A stretch of 64,000 bases of DNA from contig NC_086097.1 in assembly GCF_963921235.1 (NCBI RefSeq), forward strand, positions 165,170,001-165,234,000, written 5' to 3'. Below are positions 1 through 12,759 of the stretch, in pieces. The stretch is from Mobula hypostoma. Taxonomy: Eukaryota. Position numbers and translations under genes: made by a program. Each line of letters opens with the position of its first letter. Within the stretch, counting starts at the first letter, position 1. Under the pieces are notes generated by a model, which worked only from the letters and a program-made list of their open reading frames with translations, did not search any database and was not told where the DNA came from.

Positions 1-30
1 GTTTAGTACTTTGACCAATCGTTTAGATAC

Positions 31-405
<375 letters not shown>

Positions 406-999
406 CTGCACAAACAAAATGTATATAATAAAATGTTTTTTCTCATACTATAATCCTGAACTCAATTCTTTTGTCCTATATTATTGAATATATAAACTGG
501 CTTTTATTCATGATGCTACCCCGGCTGCTCCCCTCCCACTTTGTACTACAACATTTAATACACATGGAAAGCTACTCATTATCTTCCTATATATTTGTAG
601 CATGCCACACAGGAAAGTACTTATGCCATTTCTACACCCCCCATGATGTTCTGATGGAACAGATCAACCATTTTCAGACATTTAGTTCAGCCAATGAATT
701 AGCTGTTCAGCACCCCCCCCACCTTCAATGAAATCTTATAAAATTAGAATTCCATAGTTAGATTTTTATAACTCATACCTGAAGACAGTGTACATGTACC
801 TAATTTTGGTACAATGTTTAGTTCAAGAGGATGAACATTTGGCATTAATCAATAGATACGTTCTGAATTAGTTCTTCTATTAGGCATCCCGTAATCCACC
901 CTACACCACTATGTATTCTCCTGAATATCAGATAGTAATCTGTATACTTTGATAAAGACATAAAAAGGATGATGAAGAGTTCCCTTCATCTTTGAAACT

Positions 1000-1215
1000 G
1001 ACATTTTATTTTTTTGTAATTTTTTATTGAAGTTCATCAAACATTTCCATAAGATGTATTTGAGATATTGTACATATATATCATAGTCATATATGCCACA
1101 AATCTCCACATAATATCTAAGGTATACACTTACAGAAGAGAGGAAAGAAAGAACAAGCAAAATGAGAAAACTATGTACAAGTAGGGAGTGATTTTTTTTT
1201 ACAACATATTCAACA
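1000..1215 (-). mobile_element. Probable L1-like LINE 3' tail fragment
   Basis: Minus-strand AATAAA followed by an A-rich tail; composition resembles the L1 3' UTR at 39.3-39.57 kb. Confidence 0.35.
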
Positions 1216-2743
1216 TTAGAAAGTAAGGAAGCTACATATCCAGAAATCAGTAAATTCATTTCACAAGGAATGGATGCCATTTTGCGCAAATGAAAGCTGA
1301 AAGATAAAACATAGCACGGCACTACACTGTCTCTGATGCCAAAGATAACTCAAATGGACCCTAATCCCCTACCACAGCCTTTTAAATGAGTGCAAATCAG
1401 AATTAAATCAATGAACAAAAATTACAGTATATACACATGCTTTGTTAAAAATAATTTGTAGTTTTCAGTTCAGTACTTAATCTAAAAAAACTTGTACAAA
1501 GTTGGTTTTATTACTAGAATGTGCTTGTCCGTCCCTTGTTACTCTTGGTGTAGTGATCCACTTAAAACTACTGCAGTCACTGATATAGCTATTTTAAAAT
1601 AGAAATTCACTCATTATTAGCTGCTTAAGATGAACAAATATTTAAGCGCAGTCACAATGACGTGCACCTTGGTGATGGTATTGCCATATGTCACCTGCAG
1701 TTGTTCTTCCAAACAGTGAAATGTATATCCAGATGGTGGATGCTTTGAGTTTTTAAATAAAAGACCTCGGGTAATGGTTTAAATGGAGCCACAGAACACT
1801 GGTGACAGATAGCTGTCAAACATTTTCTTAGTGGATGATGCAGAGATGAGGGTTTATAGCTTCCTTATCACACAAGCCACAGGCTTTCACCAGAAAGCCT
1901 GTGAACTCCAGCAGCTAAAGTACAGCTGTTACATTGATGTAGTTAATGGAAAGTCTTGCAGTAATGGTTTAGCGTCAATGTAAGTAACAGCTCTGAATAT
2001 CATGGAGGGGCAATCAAACTCTGGATACTGTGTGGCAGAGATAGTATGTTAATTATTTGAGCCTTTATAGGTGGAGGCATGTTTTCTTTTAGCTGTGATT
2101 GGGACTGAATGCTGCAATCGTTGCTAATCTTGAGCATATTGTAGTTGAAGCAAGCTGAGTTTAAGGTAACATTCAAAGGTTGAGATGATCATCCATTTGT
2201 GCCAAGTTTGACATCAGCTATGTGAGATTTCAATCTAATCCTTATCAATTTTAGTTTTGTGACTTTCTCTGTGATCAATTTTTTAAAAAAAATCTATGTT
2301 TCCCCTCTGCTTGGAACCATTTATGGCCAGGTCTTATTCTGTATAGGGACTCTAAAATACCCAAATCTCACATCTAAATTAGACCAACTGCTGGTAAACT
2401 TGAAGTTTTATAGTTTCTACATGTGGCTTCAGTTAAACAAATGTGATTTCTAATGATCAATCGGACATCTGATAATTCTGTGCTCGTTTCTAAGATGCCA
2501 TAAGCTAAATTCTGCTATATACTTTCAAACAGGTGACTAACAACTGATTCTGAATATATTCCAAGAAGCTACAGAACAAGTTTAGCAACATTAACAGTGA
2601 GAACTGGTTTTTTGCTTTTAATTGAAAAGCTTGTGCAACATACTTCCCAGCATTCTAGCTCCTGGCATGCAGTTGGTCCACCCACACTGAATATGTAGCC
2701 AGTAACAGAACTCCAGATAAGTATCACTGTTGAATTAGCTTAC

Positions 2744-2938
2744 CGTTTGATCAGCCACCACAGTCAATCTTAAAATCTGTTTGACTTTAAAACATTTTAA
2801 ACCTGTCAAATTTGTTATTCAACTGTGCCCTTATTGAGCTGAATCATTGTCTATTCAATAGCAAAAGTAAGATACTTTATCTCGACATAAATACTCTCTT
2901 ACCTGAATATTCTAACATTATAGTTTAGGTTGCATTTA
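2744..2938 (-). other. Two candidate micro-exons (2903-2938 and 2744-2802)
   Basis: Minus-strand donors CAG|GTAAGA (2903/2902) and ACG|GTAAGC (2744/2743) are strong. Acceptors CTCTAG and TTTGACAG are weak. Confidence 0.22.
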
Positions 2939-4334
2939 CTAGAGTACCATAAATACCACAATTAACACAAATGCAAGGAATATAAAACAACTTTAATTTT
3001 ACTATTCCTTTGTATGTTCAGTATTACATGCTGTATCTCATATCCAGCAGCACTATGGAAGTACTTGCTTAATGCTGATTGCATTGGCTTAAAGTAGCAG
3101 TTCACCAACTTCAAGGTCAATTACAGACTGACAATAAATGCTTGCCCTATTAGTAATAACCATATTCTGTAAATAAATGTGAAAGACATCTATTTGTAAA
3201 ATTACTAATATCAACATAATATTTAACATGCAATTATTCAATAGTAAATAGCGACTATGGTTATTTTGCCCTCTAACATGCTCATTATTTATAGCAACAG
3301 CAGTGTTTTTTTTTCTTAATTGGATAAAATAGCTTGATAACCTTCATATAGATCTAGAGGACATCAGGCACACTACAGAAATGGATTGACATAACTGCAG
3401 ACAAAACAAGCATTTTGCATGGGATTCATAATAGTCTTGTATTATTAAAAAAATTAACTTCAGCTTGGGGAATCATTAGAAATGTTTCTAACAATCTTTT
3501 TATTCTTGAAGTAAAGGAAATAAAAGCAGATCATTGTTTTAAAGTGAAAAGAATTACCCTTCAATGAAAACAGTGACCCAAATTGAAAACAAAACTCTAG
3601 CATAAAAATATTTGCCATCTGTTTCTGACAACTGTGAAACTTAAGAATAATTTCAAATATGATAACTGAGTAAAAGAACTTAGAACAGTACAACACAGGA
3701 ACAGGCCTTTTTTCCCACTATGTTGTGCTGACCTAATTAACCTAATTCTGCCTACGGATGGGAACATATTCCTCTATTTTCTCCTTGTAACCCATACTTT
3801 CTAAATGAAGGCACCCAGTAAACCTCTTCTGTACTCTCCATAACCTCCCCATCCTTCTTATAATGGGGTAACCAAAATGTTTAGTCAATGGTGTGACAAT
3901 TGCACAAAATGCAATACAGTAATGCTAATTTTTTAAAAAATGGGACATAGTTGCAAATTAAAGTCTCAAAATGACCTGTAGTTGTATTAAATTTGTACAT
4001 TATGATTATTGTATTGATTACAAGTATCAGGCACAACTTATGTCAACACAAAGTAATCCCCATTAGCTTTTCCTTCCTCATGGTAGGGAATGGATAACTT
4101 ACTTCTCCATCCCTTACATATAAATCTAGACAGTGAGCATCATGACAAAGAATTGGGACCTTCCTAGTCCAGTATATTACAAATACTAAATTGTGCACTT
4201 AAGGAAATGAAAATAGGGAACAACCAGTAGTTTCTGGTGGGAACAGCTTACCATCTTTAACGTACTCCCTAATATGGCAGCTGATATGGAATCAAAATAT
4301 GACAAATGTCAGTAACTATATGTCTCCACTCACA

Positions 4335-4945
4335 TTAACAGCCAGTATCTGCCAGTGGCCAGCTATGTCAATTCCACTTCCTATTCCCAAGTCTGTTCGT
4401 GACCTCTCTTTACTGACAAGTTGAGGCTAGATGCAGATTAGAAGAATCCCATCTTGGTAGTCTCAAACCTGCTGGTATCAACATTGATATCTACTACTCT
4501 TAATAACTACTCTCCTGTTCCACCCTACTTTTATTTTCTCCGTATCCCTCTGGCCCCATTAGCCCCTTCCCTTTCCTCTTGCGTCTTATCCATCATCCAC
4601 ACCTTCATCCCTCTGGTTCCCCACCTCCCCTTAACTCCATGGTCTACTGTCTTCTATCAGATTCCATATTCTTCAGTGCTTTGACTTCCTCCCGTCACAT
4701 CATTCCCATTCCTCCCTCCACCTACCCATTTTCCTCCTCTTGCCCGGATTCACCCATCATCTGCCAGCTTGTGCTCGTCCCCATGCCCCATTTCTTTTTG
4801 TTCTAACTTTTGCCCTCTTTCTTTTCAGTTATGATTAAGGGTCTCAGCTCAAATGTTGACTGTTCATTTCCCTGCCTGACCTGCTGAGTTCCTCCAGAAC
4901 TTTTGTCTTGTTCCAGACTCTCATCATCTGCAGTCTCGTCTCTAA
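4335..4945 (+). mobile_element. Decayed Penelope-like element 3' end
   Basis: Similar to the GIY-YIG C-terminus and pyrimidine-rich 3' region of the copy at 18556-19524; degenerate hammerhead region near 4830-4862. Confidence 0.7.
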
Positions 4946-7020
4946 TATAACTTTCATGACAAATTGCATGGAAAGAACAATACATTTTATGATGCAGTTT
5001 ATCCAGAGAATGAGAGCTAGGTTTAACCAGAACTCAGATGTAGATTTGATTATAGCCTTGGTCCAAATACAAGTCATATAATTAAATTCCAGAGAGTAAC
5101 TTAGTGTGACATCAAATAACAGTGATAAAACTTAAATCCACAGGTATCAAAAAAAATTTAATTGGTTGAAGTGATACCTTACAATAAGATGGTTGAGGTT
5201 AGAAATCAATTATCACACCTCTAGAATGTCACTTGACAACCAAAAAGGCAGTGGATGCAACCATCTTCTGCTTCATCAGAGACTTTCATCAAAAGGTTGG
5301 AAATGGAGACTTCAGAACAATTCACTTGCAAGTCCTCAGTAAATAAAAACAACCCATGCCTGCTTGCAACAGGATCCAGCAAAAGACAAGTAACATTTCT
5401 TGTCACAAATATGTCAAACAATCACAATCTTCAATAAATGCCATCCATCTACTCTGGACAATCAATGGCATTACTATCTAAAATTCTCTGAATATCAACA
5501 TCCTTAAGGTCACTATAGACTCAGACTAAACTAAACTCACCATGTGTATACTATGATTACTACAGATCATAATCTAGATACTTCATGACAAATGACTCAT
5601 CTATCAATCACCCTAAGCCTTACCACCATTTAAAATGCACAAGTCAGGTAAGACTGAATAGTGAACACTTGCCTAGATCAATTAAGTTCAAACAACTAAA
5701 AGAAATTATCAATATTCAGGACAAAGCCTCCCACTTGATTGATTAATAACTGTACCATTTTAAAAAAAGCTTCTAGTTTACTACAATAGCATTTTCGAAA
5801 GCCATAATCTCCAACACCCGGCAGGCATATAGGAACAGCACTATGTAACAGCTCACAAAGTCACACACAGGCCTGATCTGGAAAACACTGGCAGTCCACC
5901 ATTGTCAGAGACTAAATCCTGTAAGTCTCTCTCCACAGCACTTTCAAAATAACTTCACATGAAAGACAGCAACATTTGAAGTTAGTAGCTAGGCAATCGA
6001 GAATGGACAATGAATGAGCCTTGCCAGCAACACCCACGTTCTAAATGGATAATCAAAAATATTCAAATTGAAAGACTACATGTAGAGAGAATCCAAAATG
6101 ATAGAACATAGATAAAAAATGTAGCTTACAATAAATATGAAAGTCATTTCATGAAAGTTGTGAGTAAATTTCTGCTCATTAGTTTTAGTTTCACAAAGCC
6201 AAGTCCATCCAAATCACTAGCAAAAGTTGTGATCCTTGTTTTAGTTTTAGTTTCAGAAACAATGCTTCATTACTACTGACTCTTGTCAGCTAGTTTTCCC
6301 ATCTATGTGCAGCCTCTACAATCTTGGGCACATTTATAAGTGCTTTGGAGCATTTTATTTTCCTATATCAGCTGCATTGGAACATATACAACTAACCTTA
6401 GCTTATTCCAAAAGTTTCTCCTCTAACACATGTTGCCTTAATAAATCTACCTAATTTTTCTTATCATCAAGTTTTAATTCTATACTCAATTCTGTCTACA
6501 CCTTCTCCAACACAAGTATTACTGGTTTACAGTTACTGTGTTTATCCTTACCCTCTTTTTAACAAGAATGTGACACTCACAATCTTCTATTCAGGCATCA
6601 TCCAACTCTATAGCTACTTGGAAAATGACAGATAAGGACTCTGCTAATTCCCACAACAGCCTAGTAAGCATCCCATTCAGGGTACATGTTTTAATCCAGT
6701 TTCAGTACAATAAGCTTTTCTGGCAGCCCCACTGTACAAATTTAGCCCTTCCTATATCTAAACCAAGTTTTTTGGTAAGGAAAAAGTCAATAAATTAAAG
6801 TAGAAATATAGCAATTTAGGAAAATTGAATACAAATCAAAATGGCTTTATGAAAGTCAATTTATCGTCATACACAAATACAAGTGAATGGAAAATTTGCG
6901 GCAGCATCACAGGCACATAATATCACATAAGCATCATTCACCCGAAAAACAAATTTTACATTTCTTTTTACAAAAAGCAAAATTAGAACAAATTCCATTT
7001 GAGTCCAAAGTGATCAAAAT

Positions 7021-7230
7021 AGTTAAATTCCTGACGAAGGGTCTCGGCCTGAAACGTCGACTGTACCTCTTCCTAGAGATGCTGCCTGGCCTGCTGCGTT
7101 CACCAGCAACTTTGATGTGTGTTAGTTAAATTCCTGATGTAGGTTTCAGACTGAAACATCAACTATTTATTCCTATCCGTAGACGATGCTCGGCTTGCTG
7201 CGTTCCTCCATCATTTTGTGTGTTGCCAAA
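7021..7230 (+). mobile_element. Two tandem Penelope-like terminal fragments (young copy inserted into an older one)
   Basis: Direct repeat TAGTTAAATTCCTGA at 7020-7034 and 7123-7137 flanks a copy with CTGACGA...GAAACGTC; a more decayed copy follows. Confidence 0.8.
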
Positions 7231-7234
7231 GGTA

Positions 7235-8330
7235 AATTTGAGACAAACTTGCTTGAATTCTGAGGATATGACAGGAAGATGTGATAAGGGAACCTGCAGA
7301 TATTGTGCATTTAGATTACCTAAAGGCACTTAAGTTGCCCACAAGAGGCTACTGAATAAATTAAATGTGCAGGGCTTTGGAGGAAATGCATTGGCATGGA
7401 TTGAAGAATGGAACTGAAATAAACGTACCTCTCCCATCAGCCCCTCCAGCCCTTTAACTTTCCGAGCCACCTGCTTCACCTACCACCACCTATCTACTCG
7501 TCCTTCCTCTCCTCCCACCTTTTTATTCTGGCCTCTTCCCCCTTCCTTTCCAGTCCTGAAGAGACTGTTCATTCATTTCCATAGCCTGTCCTGCTGAGAT
7601 CCTCCAGCATTTTCTGTGTTGTACTGGAATAAATGAGTCCTTTTCAATCAGGAGTAATGTAACTAATGGTTTACTCCATGGATCAGTTGGCTTTCAATTG
7701 TTTACATTAATGACCTGAAGGGAACAAAACGAAAGGTTTCCAATGCAAACATGAGGAAATCTGCAGATGCTGGCATTTCAAGCAACATACATAAAAGTTG
7801 CTGGTGAATGCAGCAGGCCAGGCGACATCTCTAAGAAGAGATCTCCTGACGAAGGGTCTCGGCCCAGAACATCGACTGTACCTCTTCCGAAAGGTTTCCA
7901 AGTTTTCTGATGATACACAATTAGGTAAAAAGGCATGCTATGAGGACATTCAAATTCTGCATCAGTATATTTATAGATTAAATATACTGATTGAGCAAAA
8001 ACCTGACAAAAATGGAGTTTACTGCAGGGAAGGACAAGGTCACATGATCAAAGAGGGATCTAGGTATTTCTTGTGCATAAATTGGTAGAGATTGATTTTG
8101 ATGTTCCCACAGGAGGGCAAGCCATGAATTACATGACATGGGTGCAAAATAAGAGTTAATTCATTTTAAACTAGTTTGTACAAGTTTTAGAAGGTTGAGA
8201 ATCTCTGGAATTCTCTTTCACCTAAGGGAGGTGAATGCCCAATCATTAGATATGGGCAAGGTTGAGATACTCAAGCAACTGAAGAACTGAGGCATAAGGC
8301 CATCACGTAGGGTCTTCAAGAGCCTCTCGG
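7235..8330 (+). mobile_element. Decayed CR1-type LINE RT fragment, interrupted by Penelope pieces
   Basis: Remnant motifs LDYLKA and VSKFSDDTQLG (RT catalytic DD) followed by a CR1-like 3' region. Confidence 0.65.
7744..7887. mobile_element. Short Penelope-like insertion with inverted junction
   Basis: 14-bp TSD CGAAAGGTTTCCAA at 7730-7743 and 7888-7901; minus-oriented tail joined to a plus-oriented hammerhead segment. Confidence 0.8.
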
Positions 8331-9905
8331 CCTACTATTGCTTTTGTGTTTAGCTTAGTAGCTCAGCTCTACACTAAACTTTTTTCTGTAGCTGTTACAC
8401 TTCATTATGCATTGTTAGTTTTTTTTACAGATCAAATGCACAATGCATTGACATATAAACAAGGTTTTCACCATCTCAATACACAGGACAATAAACTAAT
8501 TCCAAAAAAAAACGTAGCTATGCCTTTTGCCTTTATTTTCCTTTCAGTCCCTATTCAGGGCGACCTGTCCTTTTTCCGGTTTATTTGTCTGTAGAATATG
8601 TTTGTAATCGATTTTGTTTTAAGAGTTGTTTTAAAAAGGCACAAAAAGGAAAATAATTGGTTTGGACTCAATCCATTTGCAGTCAAAATGAATTAAACAT
8701 AAAGAGAAGTGTGCGTGTTTTGCTCTGGATTTCCCGTATCGGCAGGATCTCGTGTTTACAACTGATCTGACTCACGTCAGATTTAAACAGAAAAACAAAA
8801 TTATAAGCCATGTTAATGTTAAAATAATTTTATTAAACTACACGGAATACAGGAAATAAGGTCTTTTAATAGTTCATATTCATACAGGAAATGCATACTT
8901 ATAACAAAAAAAATTTCGGAGTTCAGTTAAAATAATTACGTTTCCTTTCTGGACGGCACTGGCTTTTGTTTTGACAAAAGCAAATTCGTTGCAAATGGAA
9001 CACATTTTCTCAATGCTATATACTTTAAGGACCACAGTATTCCAATCAACCCTGTTCGACCTCTCAATGTCTTCACACTTCCTCCACTGCTCCCTCGGTA
9101 GATAGAACAGCACTGCCCACAACATTCCCAGGGACCGCGCATGCGCCCTACCATCCCAGACATCTGGCCGCCAGGATCCCTTTCCTCAGCAGAGCATCCA
9201 AGCATTTCTAAGATAACGCTTCATAAATAATTCATAGTAGACTTCTGTGACATCTGAACACCAAACATCTAACTCTTTAAACAATGAGGCACATTCAGCA
9301 TCTCCGCATTTGATCACTCCACCCCCATTATTTCCATATCAATCCAGTCGGCGCCAGTGTAATCTCCATCCTGCGTATGCGCAAACTGTTGCCAAACTCC
9401 AAGGAGAGTCACCCTTCCCCCAACGCTCGGTCCTAGTGCGCCTGCGTATACTGCGACAATCGGACCAACGCCCTATACCCCACAAACGGCGGCAGGCTAT
9501 CGCCGTTCTGCGCTTGCGCCCAATTGGTCTCTCCGGGGCTTGCCCTCGCGCACGCGCAATTGCTTCCTCCTGCCCTGTCACGAACAGCAAACCATCGCCT
9601 CCGCAGAATCACCGCTCACAAGCAACTACCGCATACAACAGCGCCTGCGCACATTCTTTCTACACCCCCACCAGTAGACAAGAGTAGAAAGCATCGTTCC
9701 GCATTTAATCCCCAACTACGTCCTAATCCTCATCCAGACAATAACTAAAATCAAATTAACACTCGACGATTTTTTTTACCAACCGTCTTGCAGATCCATT
9801 TTACCAACAGGACGACCGAATCAAACTGTATTTTAAAAAAAATACAAAGCCACTTTCATGCGACAGCTACTCGGTATTCTTTCGGTCGTTGCAGAGCCTC
9901 TTTAC

Positions 9906-9945
9906 CCTTTTCTAGAACTTTCCAGTCTCTTCGGAGACGTTACGT
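9906..9945 (-). other. Candidate non-coding first exon of the minus-strand gene (3' end)
   Basis: Minus-strand donor AAGG|GTAAAG at 9906/9905 inside the CpG island; an alternative donor AAC|GTAATT lies at 8940/8939. Exon start unknown. Confidence 0.3.
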
Positions 9946-10339
9946 CACAAATTATCAAACGCCGCCGTTGAATGCTGGGAACGGTGCTTTGCCACCGTAG
10001 TTATTAAACTTATAAGAATACAAAGTGTTTTAGGGGCAAAAAATAACCATAGCACATCCTAGAGAATTTGAAGATTGTTTCTACATTAGGTGCTTTAGAA
10101 ATTGAAAATCGATGACAGGAACGGGCTGACGTGAGCCAAACATCCAATCAGATGGCCTGTAACAAAAGTCTTGGGTTTGTGGGTCACGTGAGGGAGTTAC
10201 GTCCAACCAGAGGAAACGTTGGGCCCGCGGAAAGTCAAAGGCCGTCCCGGAGATGGAACCTTATCAAAGGTCTCGCCGTTTATAATTTCTCTTTTTTTAA
10301 TATTGTATATTAATAAAATACGTTATAGTATCGGTAGCC

Positions 10340-10427
10340 CGTTTTTCGGTGGGATTGCAGCGTATATTGTTTGTTTGCAAGTCCGGAAATTTTTCAGCGC
10401 GTTTCCACAACACGTCCCTTCAACAAG
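10340..10427 (+). other. Candidate non-coding first exon of the plus-strand gene
   Basis: Donor AAG|GTAAAG at 10427/10428 just downstream of the CCAAT/E-box/ETS cluster; GT-rich intron-like sequence follows. Exon start is approximate. Confidence 0.4.
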
Positions 10428-11949
10428 GTAAAGGCCGTGAGCGATATGATGTTTTAATAGGAAAGAGCGAACGAAGGCCCGCAGTAGCAATCAGATATTG
10501 TGTGTTGTGCGACTGGGTCATGGCTACCAGGAGGCGTGTATGAGTCTCACATTCTCTATGTTGAACGGCGTATATATACATATTTCGGAGGTGGGGTGGG
10601 GGCTGAATTTACATTGTTCCATGTTGCCAACTGCTCGCCTTTTTTATTTCCTTGATGTCCTGCTTTGGTACGTTCCCCAGCGATTTAAGGATTGTGGAGT
10701 AAATATTTGCTCAGATAACTGTTTAATGAGTACTGCATTGGGTGCAGCGTAGAGGTAATGCTCTCTTTGTTGATTAAGTATATGCTTAAATGCAGTCGAA
10801 GATGTTTCAAGGTTTATATTGGCAGAAGTAGTTTGGTGTGTTTTATAATTTAAGTTAGTGATAATATGATTCGACAGTAGCTTCTCAGTGCTGCAGCTTT
10901 GTGAGATACGGTGGTGGTGACGCGTCTGCACTGAACTAAAATGGCTTTATGGTTGTAGTCGCTTAGTGGTAAAGCAGCATTGTATATAGACTACTTGAAG
11001 CCGTTTTACAAATATTACAAGTGATACTAATAATCCCATAATGACATGATGCTGGCGTAATGAAAGGAAGAAATGAAGTCTTGTCAACCATTTCCTTTTA
11101 AGTATTGGATAATTGAAGCGTAGGGTGGTTGAGTCGTTGTGGTGGGGTGGTGTTTGGGGAGAGGAAGGGAAAGTGATTCAAATTAAATCTGTTGATAATT
11201 GAGCATACTGTTTTATGTTAATATTGAGCGAAGTAGATTTAATTTAATCCTTTAGATTTAATAATGATCTATGTTCTGGTAGTGTGAAATGCAATTGTCT
11301 GGGGAATGTAGACATTTTGAATCTCAAAAATCGTGATTTTTTTTGTTGTGTGTACGTCTGCCTGTGAAATCGGATTTAGATCACGGAGGGAATTGGGACC
11401 AGTTTTTCTGTAAACAGGAAATGGTTTAATGTTGGTTTTAAAAGCTTTATTTATAGCGCATAAAAATGTGCGCAAATAACTATGCTCTTTCAATGCGCTT
11501 GAAATGTAGGCTCTGGCTATGAAGTAGTTGATACTGCAGGTTTAACAGACCCTGAATGGCATTAATTTATTTTCACCTCCTCGCCCCCCCCCCACGGGAG
11601 TACTCAAGGTGGTGGGAGTAGTAGCATGGTACTATGATTACCCATTTAAAGATTCTAATTGAGAGCTCTGTTCGTGTCTGTTTTTTTCCTAACAACGCAA
11701 ATAACACGTGAAATGTATGTGAAATCTTTTCTTTTGTCATTTAATAATTGACATTTTTTCCACCCTGCAATCTGTGAAAGCCGAATGTCACTTTTGGTTG
11801 TATTTTATTTTCAGCCACGCGTCTTTGAGTGCATTCAATATATGTCGAGGGTTATTTCACTTCATGTATTTTTATTATACTATAAAGGTGGTTCTCTTAT
11901 GCTAGGGAGTGCAATAGCATTTAGAGTAGATTAAACAACTGTACACAAA

Positions 11950-12530
11950 ATCTGGTTCAATATCAACAGCATATGTTGTGAAATTTGTGCTTTGCAGTAG
12001 CAGTACTTTGCAATACATAATAATAACTAGAAGTTATAATAAGTGGGTGTGTATAGAGCAAAAACAGGAAAAAAGTGTCTAATGTCCATACAGAAGTCTG
12101 ATGGTGGAGGGGAAGAAACTGTTCCTGAAACATTGAGTGTGCATCTTCATGTTCTGTACCACCACCTTGATGGCAGCCCTGAGAAGAGGGTACGTCCTGG
12201 GTGTTGGAGGTCCTTAATGACAGATGCCACCTTTTCGAGGCATTGCCTTTGGAAAATGTCCTCACTGCTGGAGAGGCTAGAGCCTGTGATGAAACTGGCA
12301 GAGATAACAACTTTCTGCAGCTTTTTCTGATCCTGTGTAGTGGTCCCTCCATACCAGGCAGTGATAAAATTGGTTAGAATGTTCTCCACCCCTTCCTGAA
12401 GTCCACAATCAATTCCTTTGACTTACTGATGTTTAGTGCAAGGCTTTGTTGTGTCATCATATGATTCCTATTCACTTTTTTATATTACACCTTGCTGTCA
12501 CCCACAAGCAATGTCAGTTTTTATCACAGC
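11950..12530 (-). mobile_element. Rex1/Babar-like LINE 3' fragment
   Basis: ORF 12147..12389 (ENILTNFITAWYG...LQKVVISASFITG...IIKD-like/HPG) matches the C-terminus seen in the other copies at 28.8 and 59.0 kb. Confidence 0.75.
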
Positions 12531-12654
12531 TGAGCCCCACCTCTGTTTTCACTATGAATGCAAGAAATTTTCCTATGCACTCAAATGCATACTTCAGTCA
12601 AACATTAGTAAAACTTCATGCTATGCATTTGGATAATGTCTCAATGGACTAGAA

Positions 12655-12709
12655 CAGAGTTCACAACCTTTTTTTATGCCATGGATCTCCGCCAGGTTGG
12701 GAACCCCTG
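12655..12709. mobile_element. Tiny hAT (Buster/Charlie-type) MITE
   Basis: Ends CAGAGTTCACAACC...GGTTGGGAACCCCTG; 8-bp TSD GACTAGAA/GACTAGGA. Confidence 0.7.
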
Positions 12710-12759
12710 GACTAGGATAGAAAGATATAAAAACATCATGTACTATGCATTTACATTTA

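Larger units (their letters stand above)
9000..10450. promoter_or_regulatory. CpG island / probable bidirectional promoter
   Basis: Sharp rise in CpG and no transposon fragments. NRF1-like sites at 9137, 9372, 9437, 9509, 9547 and 9640; SBS/ZNF143-like TTCCCAG motifs near 9125 (+) and 9970-10000 (-); CCAAT at 9042 and 10144; TTACGTCA at 9940; TGACGTGA at 10127; GTCACGTGA at 10183; ETS-like CCGGAAAT near 10383. Confidence 0.75.

Noticed and set aside
9247..9748. ORFs in the CpG island as proteins
   Set aside because: No recognisable domain; long ORFs on both strands are expected in GC-rich DNA.
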